Below are positions 1 to 9,223 of a DNA stretch of 64,000 nt, one piece after another. The notes under the pieces are model-generated. The model searched no databases, was not told the origin of the DNA, and worked only from the letters and a program-made list of their open reading frames with translations. Every line of letters starts with the position of its first letter. Within the stretch, counting starts at the first letter, position 1. The translations under genes were made by a program, and so were the position numbers. The stretch lies in sequence record LC727695.1. One strand, written 5' to 3'.

Positions 1-117
1 CATACCAGAGCACCTCATGGCCCTCTGGATTAATAATAGAGATATATAGCTGACGTTCAGCGGGCAACCACAAGTTACGTGGATCATACTTTCCATTAAC
101 ATCAAAGAATTTAAATA

Positions 118-357
118 TCATAGAGTTGGAACCGGTTTTGATGGATCAGCAATTAGTGCAGATTCGTCTACATAAACCATTGCAAAGTTTTCACCTTCTT
201 TACGAATACCAGTAGAAGGTGTTTTCGATGGATCATAAACGATAATTTGGCACTGCTGTCCAGCTGTTAAATAAGTTGGGCCAGTTAATGCATTGGGTTT
301 TGGATGAGGAATATCAATTTTAGTAATACAATATTGACCAGTACGAAACTCACGCAT
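118..357 (-). CDS. hypothetical protein (79 aa)
   Basis: ORF co-oriented with neighbours, GAGG SD upstream. Confidence 0.7.
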   Translation of the reverse strand: MREFRTGQYCITKIDIPHPKPNALTGPTYLTAGQQCQIIVYDPSKTPSTGIRKEGENFAMVYVDESALIADPSKPVPTL

Positions 358-369
358 TATATTAACCTC

Positions 370-1056
370 TTAATGAATAACTGTTGCAGAAGGACGACAT
401 TTCATAGTTTTAAAAATGTCAGTAGGATAGATATTACCAGCTTGTCCGAAAGGTTTATCGGCTAGAAGAAACTGCGGACAAACTGTTTGTAGATAACCAC
501 TATCAGTGGGTAGGAATCCTTCAATATCACTGATGAGAATTTGCCAGATGGGCAATTGGTTATAATAGTCATCCATATTGTAGTATGCGTGGAGTTTACC
601 ACCAAAACCATATACAAATTGACGAGTATCAATTAGGCGAATACCAAATTTAGGTTGGCGTCCCATCCGTTGATCTTCTTCAAATGCACTCAGTAAATCT
701 GCAATCTCTACGCCACCCGTGATCTGTTTCACTTCTTTTAATTTTTCAAAAATGGCGTAAAAGGTATTTACTGCCGATTCCTTAGTAATGCAGGCAGTGA
801 TCACCAGTTCAGGAAAGAGTGGATCTTCTTTATTACATCCACACGTGTAATAAACAACATTGGAACCAATATCACCTTCTCGTTCAACCACGGCAAAAGG
901 TTTTTTGGATAGTTTCATTTGCTTTTCAATTAACTGTCTGCTATTCTCACGAATAGATTCATATTCGTGACTGGCCTTAAAAATAGGTGCTTTGTAATCT
1001 ATCTCTTTTGGTTCTACTAGATCACTTGCCGATTTGATAACTAATGGATTACTCAT
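370..1056 (-). CDS. DUF4262-like protein
   Basis: YYTCG..PELVI near the N-terminus and QILISDIEGFLPTDSGY..QFLL at the C-terminus resemble the DUF4262 pattern. Confidence 0.55.
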   Translation of the reverse strand: MSNPLVIKSASDLVEPKEIDYKAPIFKASHEYESIRENSRQLIEKQMKLSKKPFAVVEREGDIGSNVVYYTCGCNKEDPLFPELVITACITKESAVNTFYAIFEKLKEVKQITGGVEIADLLSAFEEDQRMGRQPKFGIRLIDTRQFVYGFGGKLHAYYNMDDYYNQLPIWQILISDIEGFLPTDSGYLQTVCPQFLLADKPFGQAGNIYPTDIFKTMKCRPSATVIH

Positions 1057-1084
1057 TGTATATTTCCTTTTCTTATATAAGAAA

Positions 1085-1104
1085 AGGGAGGTATTACCCT
1101 CCCT
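1085..1104 (-). terminator. intrinsic terminator
   Basis: AGGGAGG-N6-CCTCCCT stem followed by a U-tract on the minus strand. Confidence 0.7.
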
Positions 1105-1438
1105 AATTAAGCATTAAATATTTAGGTTCAGTAGTGGCTCGGATCTTAGCAATAAGTGCTTTTTGATCACTAACCTTACTAATGGGATATTCTAATAAAC
1201 GTAAATCCATGTCCCGATGTACTAAACCTAACATTGCCTTATTTTGATGACTATTATTACGTAATGCAGCGATATGTTTATCAACTTCATTACTAACAGT
1301 CTTTGAAAGCCCTACCAAATACTTCCCAGTTGCAATGTGTTCAATAACATAAACACCTGCTCCAACTATTTCGCTTCTTTTCCCACGACCGTGCGAAGTA
1401 CTTGACCAACTATAACACTTATCATCAACTATAAACAT
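1103..1438 (-). CDS. GIY-YIG-like domain protein (possibly degenerate)
   Basis: GVYVIEHIATGKYLVG and H..N motifs; no Arg at the usual catalytic position. Confidence 0.55.
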   Translation of the reverse strand: MFIVDDKCYSWSSTSHGRGKRSEIVGAGVYVIEHIATGKYLVGLSKTVSNEVDKHIAALRNNSHQNKAMLGLVHRDMDLRLLEYPISKVSDQKALIAKIRATTEPKYLMLN

Positions 1439-1481
1439 GGTTAATTCCCGTCCTATAACTATCTAATTGGACGGTCAAGTA

Positions 1482-1844
1482 TTAGCTACCAGTCCATGAA
1501 TACTTATCATAAACTAACCACATTGAATGGATCTTATTGATGATATTGAAAATAGGTTCTTGGACCTCTTCAAAATCACCTAGGTTAGCTGCCAGATTGG
1601 CCATGTATTGGAATAGCCACTCAATTGACACATCCACTAGATTGGTAAATGGGATACTGGCATATGGGATTTGCTTTGACATACCAAACTGATAAACCTT
1701 AGCAAACCATGCATCCAACATTGCAACATCTGCTTTAAGCATCCAATTAATTTCAGCAGGATGTGCGCCATAGGTGATGTTAAATAAATCACCAGTAACT
1801 GTTTTAACAAGCATTTCCACTTCAGTCGCATTAAATTCAATCAT
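1482..1844 (-). CDS. hypothetical protein
   Basis: 120-aa ORF in operon. Confidence 0.7.
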   Translation of the reverse strand: MIEFNATEVEMLVKTVTGDLFNITYGAHPAEINWMLKADVAMLDAWFAKVYQFGMSKQIPYASIPFTNLVDVSIEWLFQYMANLAANLGDFEEVQEPIFNIINKIHSMWLVYDKYSWTGS

Positions 1845-1845
1845 C

Positions 1846-2223
1846 TCAACCCACCTTTAGTTTACTGCAATATAGTCTAAACTTAAGAATATCCTCTACT
1901 AAGTTAGACCACAGGGTATACCTATTTCGTGATGCATTTACTTCTTCAATCTTAGCATTTATATTTTGGCGAAGAACTTTGTAATGCTGATACGCATTAG
2001 TCGCATGTTTAGAGAACATGATGATAATATCATCAGGACTTTTATTTAGCACATCAGCTAGTGAATCATCATCATATATTTCAATAAGTGTATTAACGAT
2101 ACGATGATGAAGATGGGTTAGTAATTGGTAAATATGATATTCGCTACCAATATAATCACCTTTTATAAAAGCTCTTTTACTGTAGAAGATCTGTGCAGTA
2201 TCTCTTATGCATTCAAGTTTCAT
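1846..2223 (-). CDS. hypothetical protein
   Basis: 125-aa ORF, ATGA overlap with upstream gene. Confidence 0.7.
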   Translation of the reverse strand: MKLECIRDTAQIFYSKRAFIKGDYIGSEYHIYQLLTHLHHRIVNTLIEIYDDDSLADVLNKSPDDIIIMFSKHATNAYQHYKVLRQNINAKIEEVNASRNRYTLWSNLVEDILKFRLYCSKLKVG

Positions 2224-2432
2224 TGTGCATTAACCTGATGTAGATGAACATAAAATCCATTACTAGGACCACTATTAGATGGATAAACTAACAGATGGTC
2301 TCCATTAACAGATTCGATTATAACTACAGTACCAGCTTTACATAGTGTAAGATCATAACCGCATTCACCGGTGCTATTAATAATATCTGTATTGACTACA
2401 ACTTTGTCACCGGCTTTAAATGAATTTGACAT
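2220..2432 (-). CDS. small SH3-like beta-barrel protein
   Basis: FKAGDKVVVNTDI...KAGTVVII pattern; similar to 2441-2743 and 35313-35645. Confidence 0.5.
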   Translation of the reverse strand: MSNSFKAGDKVVVNTDIINSTGECGYDLTLCKAGTVVIIESVNGDHLLVYPSNSGPSNGFYVHLHQVNAQ

Positions 2433-2440
2433 ATACCACC

Positions 2441-2743
2441 TCAGTTATATGCGTGAAGAATATCATCCATATCTGTACATTGTACAGTTTCAATTTGATT
2501 ATAATTGTCGGCATTTAAAACTCTAAAGCCGCCTTCGGGATTACCCTCATCAACGCCTAATACGGTTAGGTCATCTCCTTCATCGGCAAACTTCCATTCT
2601 AGATAACCATTCTTTTTACAAGTACGCATGATCCAAATATCCTGTGTTGCTTGTAGAATCATACCAACTTGAACTTTATTCTTAGCGATAAGACTAATAC
2701 CATTAGCTAGCGCGTTTGCTAGACAGCTCACTGTTGAACTCAT
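2441..2743 (-). CDS. small SH3-like beta-barrel protein
   Basis: VQVGMILQATQDI...ADEGDDLTVLGV pattern. Confidence 0.5.
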   Translation of the reverse strand: MSSTVSCLANALANGISLIAKNKVQVGMILQATQDIWIMRTCKKNGYLEWKFADEGDDLTVLGVDEGNPEGGFRVLNADNYNQIETVQCTDMDDILHAYN

Positions 2744-2799
2744 TTCTTTTTACCTCTTTACAACTCTTCTCTTCAGTCAGCCATGACTTGTTAAAGATG

Positions 2800-2952
2800 C
2801 TATTTATGATAGGATTGAATTTCGGTGATTCTTTCTTTTTCTGATCGGTATCCATCGATATCACCTATATTGATAATTTTATTAATACCAATTAGCGTAC
2901 TACCTAAAACCGCTATAACTAAAAACAATGCTACATATTTCATTCCTTCCAT
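2800..2952 (-). CDS. small membrane protein (50 aa, not in ORF track)
   Basis: MEGMKYVALFLVIAVLGSTLIGINK..., GAGG SD, fills an intergenic gap. Confidence 0.6.
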   Translation of the reverse strand: MEGMKYVALFLVIAVLGSTLIGINKIINIGDIDGYRSEKERITEIQSYHK

Positions 2953-3037
2953 TTGTGATACCTCAGATAATATTTATTTTATTTGGCATGGTTGTTATAT
3001 AACTTTAAATTTTATTATAATAAACTATTACCCCGTA

Positions 3038-3340
3038 TTAAGGTAATAGTTTATTATATTTATTATAGTTATCGATAACCCATTGGCATGACATATGTTT
3101 AGGAGTATCACCTAGTAATTTGGTGTACGTTAGAAAATATATTACTTGGGCTTTGTTAAAGTCCAATCCAGCTTCTTCCCAGATATAACGATACTGTTCA
3201 GTTTTATCCCCATGTGCAGCAACCAGACCAGCGCATGCATCAATGTATCGATCCTCACCAGAGAAAACAGCACTTATGAATTTATCAGTATTATCCAACA
3301 TATACTGAGTCGATTTGATTACCTTATCATTCATTTTCAT
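3038..3340 (-). CDS. hypothetical protein
   Basis: 100-aa ORF. Confidence 0.7.
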   Translation of the reverse strand: MKMNDKVIKSTQYMLDNTDKFISAVFSGEDRYIDACAGLVAAHGDKTEQYRYIWEEAGLDFNKAQVIYFLTYTKLLGDTPKHMSCQWVIDNYNKYNKLLP

Positions 3341-3374
3341 TTGAATATACCTGTTTATATAAAAGGATATAAAA

Positions 3375-3392
3375 GCCTCCCCGAAGGGAGGC
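3375..3392 (-). terminator. intrinsic terminator, UUCG loop
   Basis: minus strand GCCUCCC-UUCG-GGGAGGC-UUUUA. Confidence 0.9.
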
Positions 3393-3402
3393 CATTATGA
3401 CG

Positions 3403-3837
3403 TTACATTGTGAAACGAATTGACACACCACAAATAGGACTATTGTCATCTGTCCAAATTTTTGCAGTACCATCATTTTTAATAGTTAAACAATAACCCC
3501 AACGGAGATTATTTATTTTAGTGGTATAACCACTTTTGAATACAGCCATGTCTTTATAAAGCTGAGGGATAGTTGGCACTACCTTTGACTGCATTTTACC
3601 AGATAAATCACGATAGTAGAGTTTATCTACAATCACATTATCAAATTTTTTGTAATCACCAAAGACTTCAGATAGATTAAACTCTACCCCATCTGTTTTC
3701 AGTGGGGCTGTCATAAAACTACCTTGCTCAGTTGTAACCATACTGATAGCAACATCATGGTCTAATAGAAATCGAGTTTCACCAATAGTTTTCTTATATA
3801 CTGGGAAACTTCCTAGCGGTTGTAGAACACTCATCAT
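3403..3837 (-). CDS. hypothetical protein
   Basis: 144-aa ORF, GGAG SD. Confidence 0.7.
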   Translation of the reverse strand: MMSVLQPLGSFPVYKKTIGETRFLLDHDVAISMVTTEQGSFMTAPLKTDGVEFNLSEVFGDYKKFDNVIVDKLYYRDLSGKMQSKVVPTIPQLYKDMAVFKSGYTTKINNLRWGYCLTIKNDGTAKIWTDDNSPICGVSIRFTM

Positions 3838-3870
3838 TAACTCCTGATTGACGGTCTATAAAATTGACCA

Positions 3871-4317
3871 TTATAAACCTTTATAGCATTCTACGCTAAT
3901 TTTCTTTATGGTCATATCAAACTCACTATCAACATACTCATTGTCATGATAGTATTCATCTGAATAACCTATGAGTTTTTTCTGGTTATGATAATTTAAA
4001 AAGAAAATAACACGCATCACAATACAAGCATGTTCGGGATGATTAAGGTATAATTCTTTCTTATTTAGGTCTAAATAAAGTGTTTTTATTTGAACTGGTT
4101 CATTAGTGAAAACTAGTTTTACAGGGTTATCCAGCTGTATTACTTTGGGTTCACTATTAAAAAATGTATCACCGGATTCACCTAAGTAATATGTAATTGA
4201 TTTAACATAATAGGCTATATCTTCGGTTTTCTCTAACCGGGTTATACCATAGCCGGTTATGACTGAAAGAACAAACAATGATAAAATAACTAATATTATC
4301 TCAGTCACATTGACCAC
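3871..4317 (-). CDS. N-terminally membrane-anchored protein
   Basis: hydrophobic residues ~6-26; resembles 7014-7448. Confidence 0.65.
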   Translation of the reverse strand: MVNVTEIILVILSLFVLSVITGYGITRLEKTEDIAYYVKSITYYLGESGDTFFNSEPKVIQLDNPVKLVFTNEPVQIKTLYLDLNKKELYLNHPEHACIVMRVIFFLNYHNQKKLIGYSDEYYHDNEYVDSEFDMTIKKISVECYKGL

Positions 4318-4597
4318 CCATATAAAGTGTTGTTATATCGATACACTGTGAAACAGAATGTTTACATGGAATAAATATTTCATCGATGGTTAAATCATCA
4401 TCGATAGGTTGAATACTTTCTAATCTACCAAATCCATCACAGTTAAATTTAAGTGCTGGATAACCTTCAATACCCATGCTAACCCAGCTATTATTCTGTT
4501 TAGTTACATGGTTGAATTTAAAATTACGCATCTTTCCTAGAAATTCAATTGTCCATGTAGCATCCTTCTGTTTCTTCAAATGGTAATATTTATTCAT
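4301..4597 (-). CDS. hypothetical protein
   Basis: 98-aa ORF. Confidence 0.65.
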   Translation of the reverse strand: MNKYYHLKKQKDATWTIEFLGKMRNFKFNHVTKQNNSWVSMGIEGYPALKFNCDGFGRLESIQPIDDDLTIDEIFIPCKHSVSQCIDITTLYMGGQCD

Positions 4598-4643
4598 TAG
4601 TATTCACCATTATTAAGATTAGTTTCATTCTATTAAATAGATA

Positions 4644-4661
4644 GGGGGTCTTTAGACCCCC
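4644..4661 (-). terminator. intrinsic terminator
   Basis: GGGGGTC-N4-GACCCCC stem. Confidence 0.75.
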
Positions 4662-4675
4662 ATTTTCATAATTAA

Positions 4676-5095
4676 TTAGAATGCAGAAATGGTCAACTCA
4701 TTGCACTTAACGGCAGCGAGTTTTTCCCAATTTTCTTCATGTTCCATCAAGCATTCAATTACAACATGCATGGACCATGACTCGCCATCAATATTTGCAA
4801 ATACAAAGAAACCATCATCAAGCTCAGTAATGCCACTAATCAGATTATTTTTGATCAGGTAGACCAATTGATCATTAACGATTTTAACTTCATGATCAAT
4901 GAGATGGCTGGCATATTTGCTAGTGATATCAAACACTTCTTTTGATGAAAGTGATCCATCGCGTTTGACGGCAGTTAGGCTCCAATTAACCAAAGACGGT
5001 GAACACCAATGAAGACCATGCACATTCATCAAAACTGGATGTTTGTTATCCATAGCTTTTACAGAATGAGCCCAGTACTTTTCATCAATATACAT
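4676..5095 (-). CDS. hypothetical protein
   Basis: 139-aa ORF, GGA SD. Confidence 0.7.
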   Translation of the reverse strand: MYIDEKYWAHSVKAMDNKHPVLMNVHGLHWCSPSLVNWSLTAVKRDGSLSSKEVFDITSKYASHLIDHEVKIVNDQLVYLIKNNLISGITELDDGFFVFANIDGESWSMHVVIECLMEHEENWEKLAAVKCNELTISAF

Positions 5096-5121
5096 TTATA
5101 TTTCCTTTTTTTCCAGATTGA

Positions 5122-5400
5122 TTATTTTATTACAATGCCTTCAGCATTGCGTACTGCTTCTTTAGCAAATTGAACATCTCCAAATACATGTTCAATAAAC
5201 TTTGATGCATCTGACCCAGCTACATCGCTTGATAGTAGTTTCACAGTCTTGGTAATCTTACCAGGATAATAGAGGATGATATCCCATCCATCACTTTCTT
5301 TAACAGAGCGAATTTTTAGAATAGGCTCTTCTTTACCAAGGTGTTCAAGACTAACACCACTTTTGACAGCGGCTTCATATACTACATCAGAGATAGACAT
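5122..5400 (-). CDS. hypothetical protein
   Basis: 92-aa ORF. Confidence 0.7.
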   Translation of the reverse strand: MSISDVVYEAAVKSGVSLEHLGKEEPILKIRSVKESDGWDIILYYPGKITKTVKLLSSDVAGSDASKFIEHVFGDVQFAKEAVRNAEGIVIK

Positions 5401-5427
5401 ATTAGTTACCTTCTTAAAAGAAAGCGG

Positions 5428-5661
5428 TCATGCGACCGCATCTTTAATCAGCGAGATAATTCGCGCTGATGGTTCGCGCCAAAATTCAATACGTACATTA
5501 TTGAACTGGCTATCGTGATGCATAAAAGCTGACGATTGCTTTGCTGCATCGTGATTCATAATAGAACGTAGCTGGATAATATTTTTGTCTTTGAGTCGGA
5601 TACCATCCAGATCAATGACTTTCAGTCCAGAGTTCATAGTTTTTACAGTTACATGTTGCAT
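5428..5661 (-). CDS. hypothetical protein
   Basis: 77-aa ORF. Confidence 0.65.
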   Translation of the reverse strand: MQHVTVKTMNSGLKVIDLDGIRLKDKNIIQLRSIMNHDAAKQSSAFMHHDSQFNNVRIEFWREPSARIISLIKDAVA

Positions 5662-5712
5662 TTACAATTTCCTTTTAGTTGGATTAAAAATCTGTTAAAC
5701 TTCTTTTATAAG

Positions 5713-6135
5713 TTATTTCGGTTTTGCGATAGCTTTAATGAGTTCCTGTTCAAGTTGCACGAGTTCATCATCTGCGATGTCGCGTGAAACACACATACAC
5801 CGTCCTGGTCGTTTATACCAAGTAATGCAGACATCACGCCAAATAAGCGCACCTTCATCGATATCATTGAGCCTGAAAGTCTTTAGCTCGTCAGTGTTAA
5901 GAGAAGGACCACCAGGATAAGGATAAAATCTTTCGTAATCAATTCCACTATATTTCATCACTAGGGCATATAGTGGTGGTTGAACCATTTTCCAATATGA
6001 AGCTAATTTAATATCCTCACTTGGTACAGATGCCCAATACTCTTTTTCTGCTTCATCCATTTCTTCTGGTTTAGGAAGTCCACCAATCAGGCAATATGCA
6101 TGTTCAGCAACTTCAACTAAGCGTGTATTTTTCAT
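5713..6135 (-). CDS. conserved phage hypothetical protein
   Basis: C-terminal ITWYKRPGR motif of a type seen in phage hypotheticals. Confidence 0.65.
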   Translation of the reverse strand: MKNTRLVEVAEHAYCLIGGLPKPEEMDEAEKEYWASVPSEDIKLASYWKMVQPPLYALVMKYSGIDYERFYPYPGGPSLNTDELKTFRLNDIDEGALIWRDVCITWYKRPGRCMCVSRDIADDELVQLEQELIKAIAKPK

Positions 6136-6476
6136 AGCTTAATCCTAATCTTTGTAATACCGCAATCGTGCTCACCGAACTCGACTTTTCTCCAGCCCGC
6201 TTCACGCAATCGTGCTTTAACAACCTTCATTACAGATGGAGCAATTTCATCCTTATGTTCGACAACAATTTCATAACTGCGAATAAAATGGAAGTTGTTG
6301 AAACCAGGTAGGTCTTCAAGCATCTTTCTCCGAATACCCGCACAGACTTCATTGGCTTGCCGTTCAACCAACATTGCATGAATTTCATTTTTGGTCGGAA
6401 TAGAGCAATTGCCAGTTTCTATTTGAAGAGTTTTGATTGCATTTTCCAAAAGAGATTTTGAAATACCAAGAGTCAT
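6132..6476 (-). CDS. hypothetical protein (IPT..E...L...GW family)
   Basis: resembles 39293-39694 and 39859-40254. Confidence 0.65.
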   Translation of the reverse strand: MTLGISKSLLENAIKTLQIETGNCSIPTKNEIHAMLVERQANEVCAGIRRKMLEDLPGFNNFHFIRSYEIVVEHKDEIAPSVMKVVKARLREAGWRKVEFGEHDCGITKIRIKL

Positions 6477-6529
6477 CGTATCAGTTCCCCGTGAGTTAAA
6501 TAAATTTTAATACGCGTTTTGATGGTTTA

Positions 6530-6889
6530 TTATTTACCAATAGATACAATTACCTCTTTTAATTTACCATGGTCATTAATTGCCATCTGACAAGTGGGGC
6601 ACGGATACGCATCCAATGGCCTGCCATCAGCACCGACCCGCGCAACATAGATCCTATATCCTTTTCCTTTGGAGAGGATGATAGAACGCAACTCACTATG
6701 CATCTCACAACGTAGATCAGACAATCCTGCTTTTAGAGAATAACGTTTCTGAACAGGATGTGTTTTACCATACATATTTTGGCTTTCACTAATAATCCTG
6801 CCACGCTTATCAGTAATGACTGAATAAACACGTTGACGATGTTTTACATAAGGGATCTCGCGACACTTTTCCAAAGCATAATCCAACAT
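6530..6889 (-). CDS. zinc-dependent cytidine/CMP deaminase-like protein
   Basis: H-S-E (HxE) and PCPTC (PCxxC) motifs; start moved to MLDYALEK (AGGT SD) because the longer ORF runs through a promoter and terminator. Confidence 0.75.
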   Translation of the reverse strand: MLDYALEKCREIPYVKHRQRVYSVITDKRGRIISESQNMYGKTHPVQKRYSLKAGLSDLRCEMHSELRSIILSKGKGYRIYVARVGADGRPLDAYPCPTCQMAINDHGKLKEVIVSIGK

Positions 6890-6922
6890 AATTGATTTAC
6901 CTATTTGAAATTTAGATAGTTT

Positions 6923-6968
6923 TATCACATTTGTAATATACTGTTTAAAATGCTTTAAATACAAAAAA
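6923..6968 (-). promoter_or_regulatory. phiKZ-type early promoter (subtype B)
   Basis: minus strand ...TATTTAAAGCATTTTAAACAGTATATTAC; core at 6933-6940. Confidence 0.8.
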
Positions 6969-6979
6969 ATAAAATATAA

Positions 6980-7000
6980 GCCCTCCCGCAATGGGAGGGC
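6980..7000 (-). terminator. intrinsic terminator
   Basis: GCCCTCCC-N5-GGGAGGGC; 26-bp identical copy at 45163-45188. Confidence 0.9.
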
Positions 7001-7013
7001 AATATAATAACTA

Positions 7014-7448
7014 TTACAATTTATTCGCCATTTTACCTGGTACTATAACCCAGTGTAAATTACATTTAATGTGTTTATTTTTAAGAGACATTCCTGAGAT
7101 ACACACATCCTCTTTGGTTATGCTAATTTTAAATAAAGCTTCCCATTTATTAGCTGTGATGATTTCATCAACAGTGTGATGGAATTTAAGTGTGTTATCT
7201 AATACTGAAATATAAAAGTCTTTATTGGGTTGACCTTTAGTTAAATCAATTATTAACCTATTATTTAATTTAGGTGAAAAAGTTGTTAATGTACCATCTT
7301 CATTATTTTCAGATATATAAGAGCAACCAGTAACAATGAAGACATTATCATTTACACTATTGGCATAAATTATTTTTGGGTGTTTAAAAATATTAATTAG
7401 ATAAACAATAATTGCTGACAGGATTAGTGCAATTACTATATCAGCCAT
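7014..7448 (-). CDS. N-terminally membrane-anchored protein
   Basis: MADIVIALILSAIIVYLINIF hydrophobic helix. Confidence 0.7.
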   Translation of the reverse strand: MADIVIALILSAIIVYLINIFKHPKIIYANSVNDNVFIVTGCSYISENNEDGTLTTFSPKLNNRLIIDLTKGQPNKDFYISVLDNTLKFHHTVDEIITANKWEALFKISITKEDVCISGMSLKNKHIKCNLHWVIVPGKMANKL

Positions 7449-7450
7449 TA

Positions 7451-7825
7451 TTAACCCCTATTAACAAAGATAAAATAATCTCGTAGTTCACCAGCTAAAT
7501 CTAATGGTTGATAATTATCACTACCATCATCATAAGGGATATAATCAGCACCTGCTTCTACAGCCGCTAAATATTCTTCCTCACCAACTGCTGGAATTAA
7601 ATGAAACGCTGGGCAATCGTCATTATTGCCATCTAGTATATCTAGCATGCCTGTAATGACACTATCTGCTACAGCCCTGTCCCGATCAGCTGGCTCTGTA
7701 AATTGATCAAGTTTAGAGTTATTGATAGCATTATCACGCATATTGACAACACTACTAATAAATAGTTCTTTAACTTGTTCCTGTGTTACAGGTTTAACAT
7801 TACCATCGCCTTCAAAATAGATCAT
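7451..7825 (-). CDS. hypothetical protein, paralog of 7870-8556
   Basis: shared LDGN...P.F.LIP.V..E...G..Y.P...D..G.LR motif. Confidence 0.75.
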   Translation of the reverse strand: MIYFEGDGNVKPVTQEQVKELFISSVVNMRDNAINNSKLDQFTEPADRDRAVADSVITGMLDILDGNNDDCPAFHLIPAVGEEEYLAAVEAGADYIPYDDGSDNYQPLDLAGELRDYFIFVNRG

Positions 7826-7869
7826 AATTACATACCTTGTTATCAGTAGCTTATAAATTTATTAGTTCA

Positions 7870-8556
7870 TTAACGCATTATTCGACTGATATCATCAGCT
7901 ATTTGTGATTGTATCTTTTCCGCTTTTTCTTTAGCTTTTTCTACTAACATAGCAAGTTGCTCTTGCGTAAAATTACCCGAGTAATACTTAACAGGTTTCT
8001 CACCTGCTAAACTAAGGAAATGGTTCAATAGTGCATGTGGTCCTTTGAAAGGTTCCGTAAATGTCTTAGAAACTTGATAACGTAGATTACCAGAAATATC
8101 AACTGCATCACACTTTGCACGGATATTATCTTTTAAATTTTCAACTGGGTTTACTGGCCAATAATTCTCACCAATACTTATTAGGTAGTCAATATCCTCT
8201 TGAGTAACATTAGGTATAAGTTTGAATCCGGGTATATTTGGATCATTGCCATCTAGGCCAGCTGCGATGCTATATATAAATCCATCAAGCATATCTCTGA
8301 TAGATAGTGCCTTATCTGTATTTTGAGTATCGGTATACTGTTTATGCCAGTAATTACGTGTGCTTTGAAGCCAATTTACAAAGAGAGAAGTTTGTTCCTC
8401 TTTTGTATATTCTCTCGGATCATCTACTTTCTCCCATTCTTTTTGTTTATTTATCTTAGGAGTCTTAGTTTTCTTTACAGGTTGTTCAATCGGTGAATCT
8501 GAAACCTTTGTTTCAAATCCTATACCAACTATAGTTTTATCGGTTGTATTGATCAT
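7870..8556 (-). CDS. hypothetical protein, paralog of 7451-7825
   Basis: same motif with N- and C-terminal extensions. Confidence 0.75.
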   Translation of the reverse strand: MINTTDKTIVGIGFETKVSDSPIEQPVKKTKTPKINKQKEWEKVDDPREYTKEEQTSLFVNWLQSTRNYWHKQYTDTQNTDKALSIRDMLDGFIYSIAAGLDGNDPNIPGFKLIPNVTQEDIDYLISIGENYWPVNPVENLKDNIRAKCDAVDISGNLRYQVSKTFTEPFKGPHALLNHFLSLAGEKPVKYYSGNFTQEQLAMLVEKAKEKAEKIQSQIADDISRIMR

Positions 8557-8783
8557 AGAACATGAAACCTTTGTATATAGTTTGGTTTTATGCGTTTAGT
8601 AAATTGCGCTGAATGCTCAATGTAATAAATGCATTTATCATTAAGTGAATACACTGTATAATAGGTTTTAGCACATATATGTCGTATGCCAATAGTAACA
8701 CATATTTCCCAACCGATCTTTGTAAATACATAACCTAACTGATTAGGCTCTATTTCTAAACATCTTTTGTCGAAGTTAACCAT
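8553..8783 (-). CDS. hypothetical protein
   Basis: 76-aa ORF with coupled overlaps. Confidence 0.55.
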   Translation of the reverse strand: MVNFDKRCLEIEPNQLGYVFTKIGWEICVTIGIRHICAKTYYTVYSLNDKCIYYIEHSAQFTKRIKPNYIQRFHVL

Positions 8784-9223
8784 TGTGGCTTCCTCGGAAT
8801 AGTTCGCAAGTACTGAACAATAAGTCGCGCGAATTCATCCATATCGTCTTCAACTAGAATTAACTCATCCAATGTATACCAGCCATCATCAGTTGTTTCA
8901 ATTAGATTAGAATCATCTTTGATTTCTCTATCTAAGATGGCGTATAATCTAGTTGGTCCAAAATCAGGCTCTTCTATAACCCCAAGATGTATCAAAGAAT
9001 TTCTATTATTAGTATCATCTGTGATAGTTGGCTGAACACTAATATTGGAAGTTTCCTCTGGGAAGTTATAACTATCTAAAATAGCAAAATCAGTTAATTG
9101 TCTAATAGCCTTTCTAGTGAAATCATAAACCTTCACTATGGGATGAATCACATAGGTTAGTTTATCATTAACTAAACGTTGCCTTAAATTAATAAATGCG
9201 CAGTTATTCATCGACATACTCAT
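8756..9223 (-). CDS. hypothetical protein
   Basis: 155-aa ORF. Confidence 0.65.
   Translation of the reverse strand: MSMSMNNCAFINLRQRLVNDKLTYVIHPIVKVYDFTRKAIRQLTDFAILDSYNFPEETSNISVQPTITDDTNNRNSLIHLGVIEEPDFGPTRLYAILDREIKDDSNLIETTDDGWYTLDELILVEDDMDEFARLIVQYLRTIPRKPQWLTSTKDV

Noticed and set aside
1448-1474. Shared (T)GGACGG motif/inverted repeat with 3846-3869 and 9826-9849
   Set aside because: The matches are short and inconsistent in orientation and spacing; chance cannot be excluded.
6890-6991. N-terminal 34 aa of the tracked 153-aa ORF
   Set aside because: It runs through an early promoter and a terminator; the real start is probably ATG 6889 with an SD.
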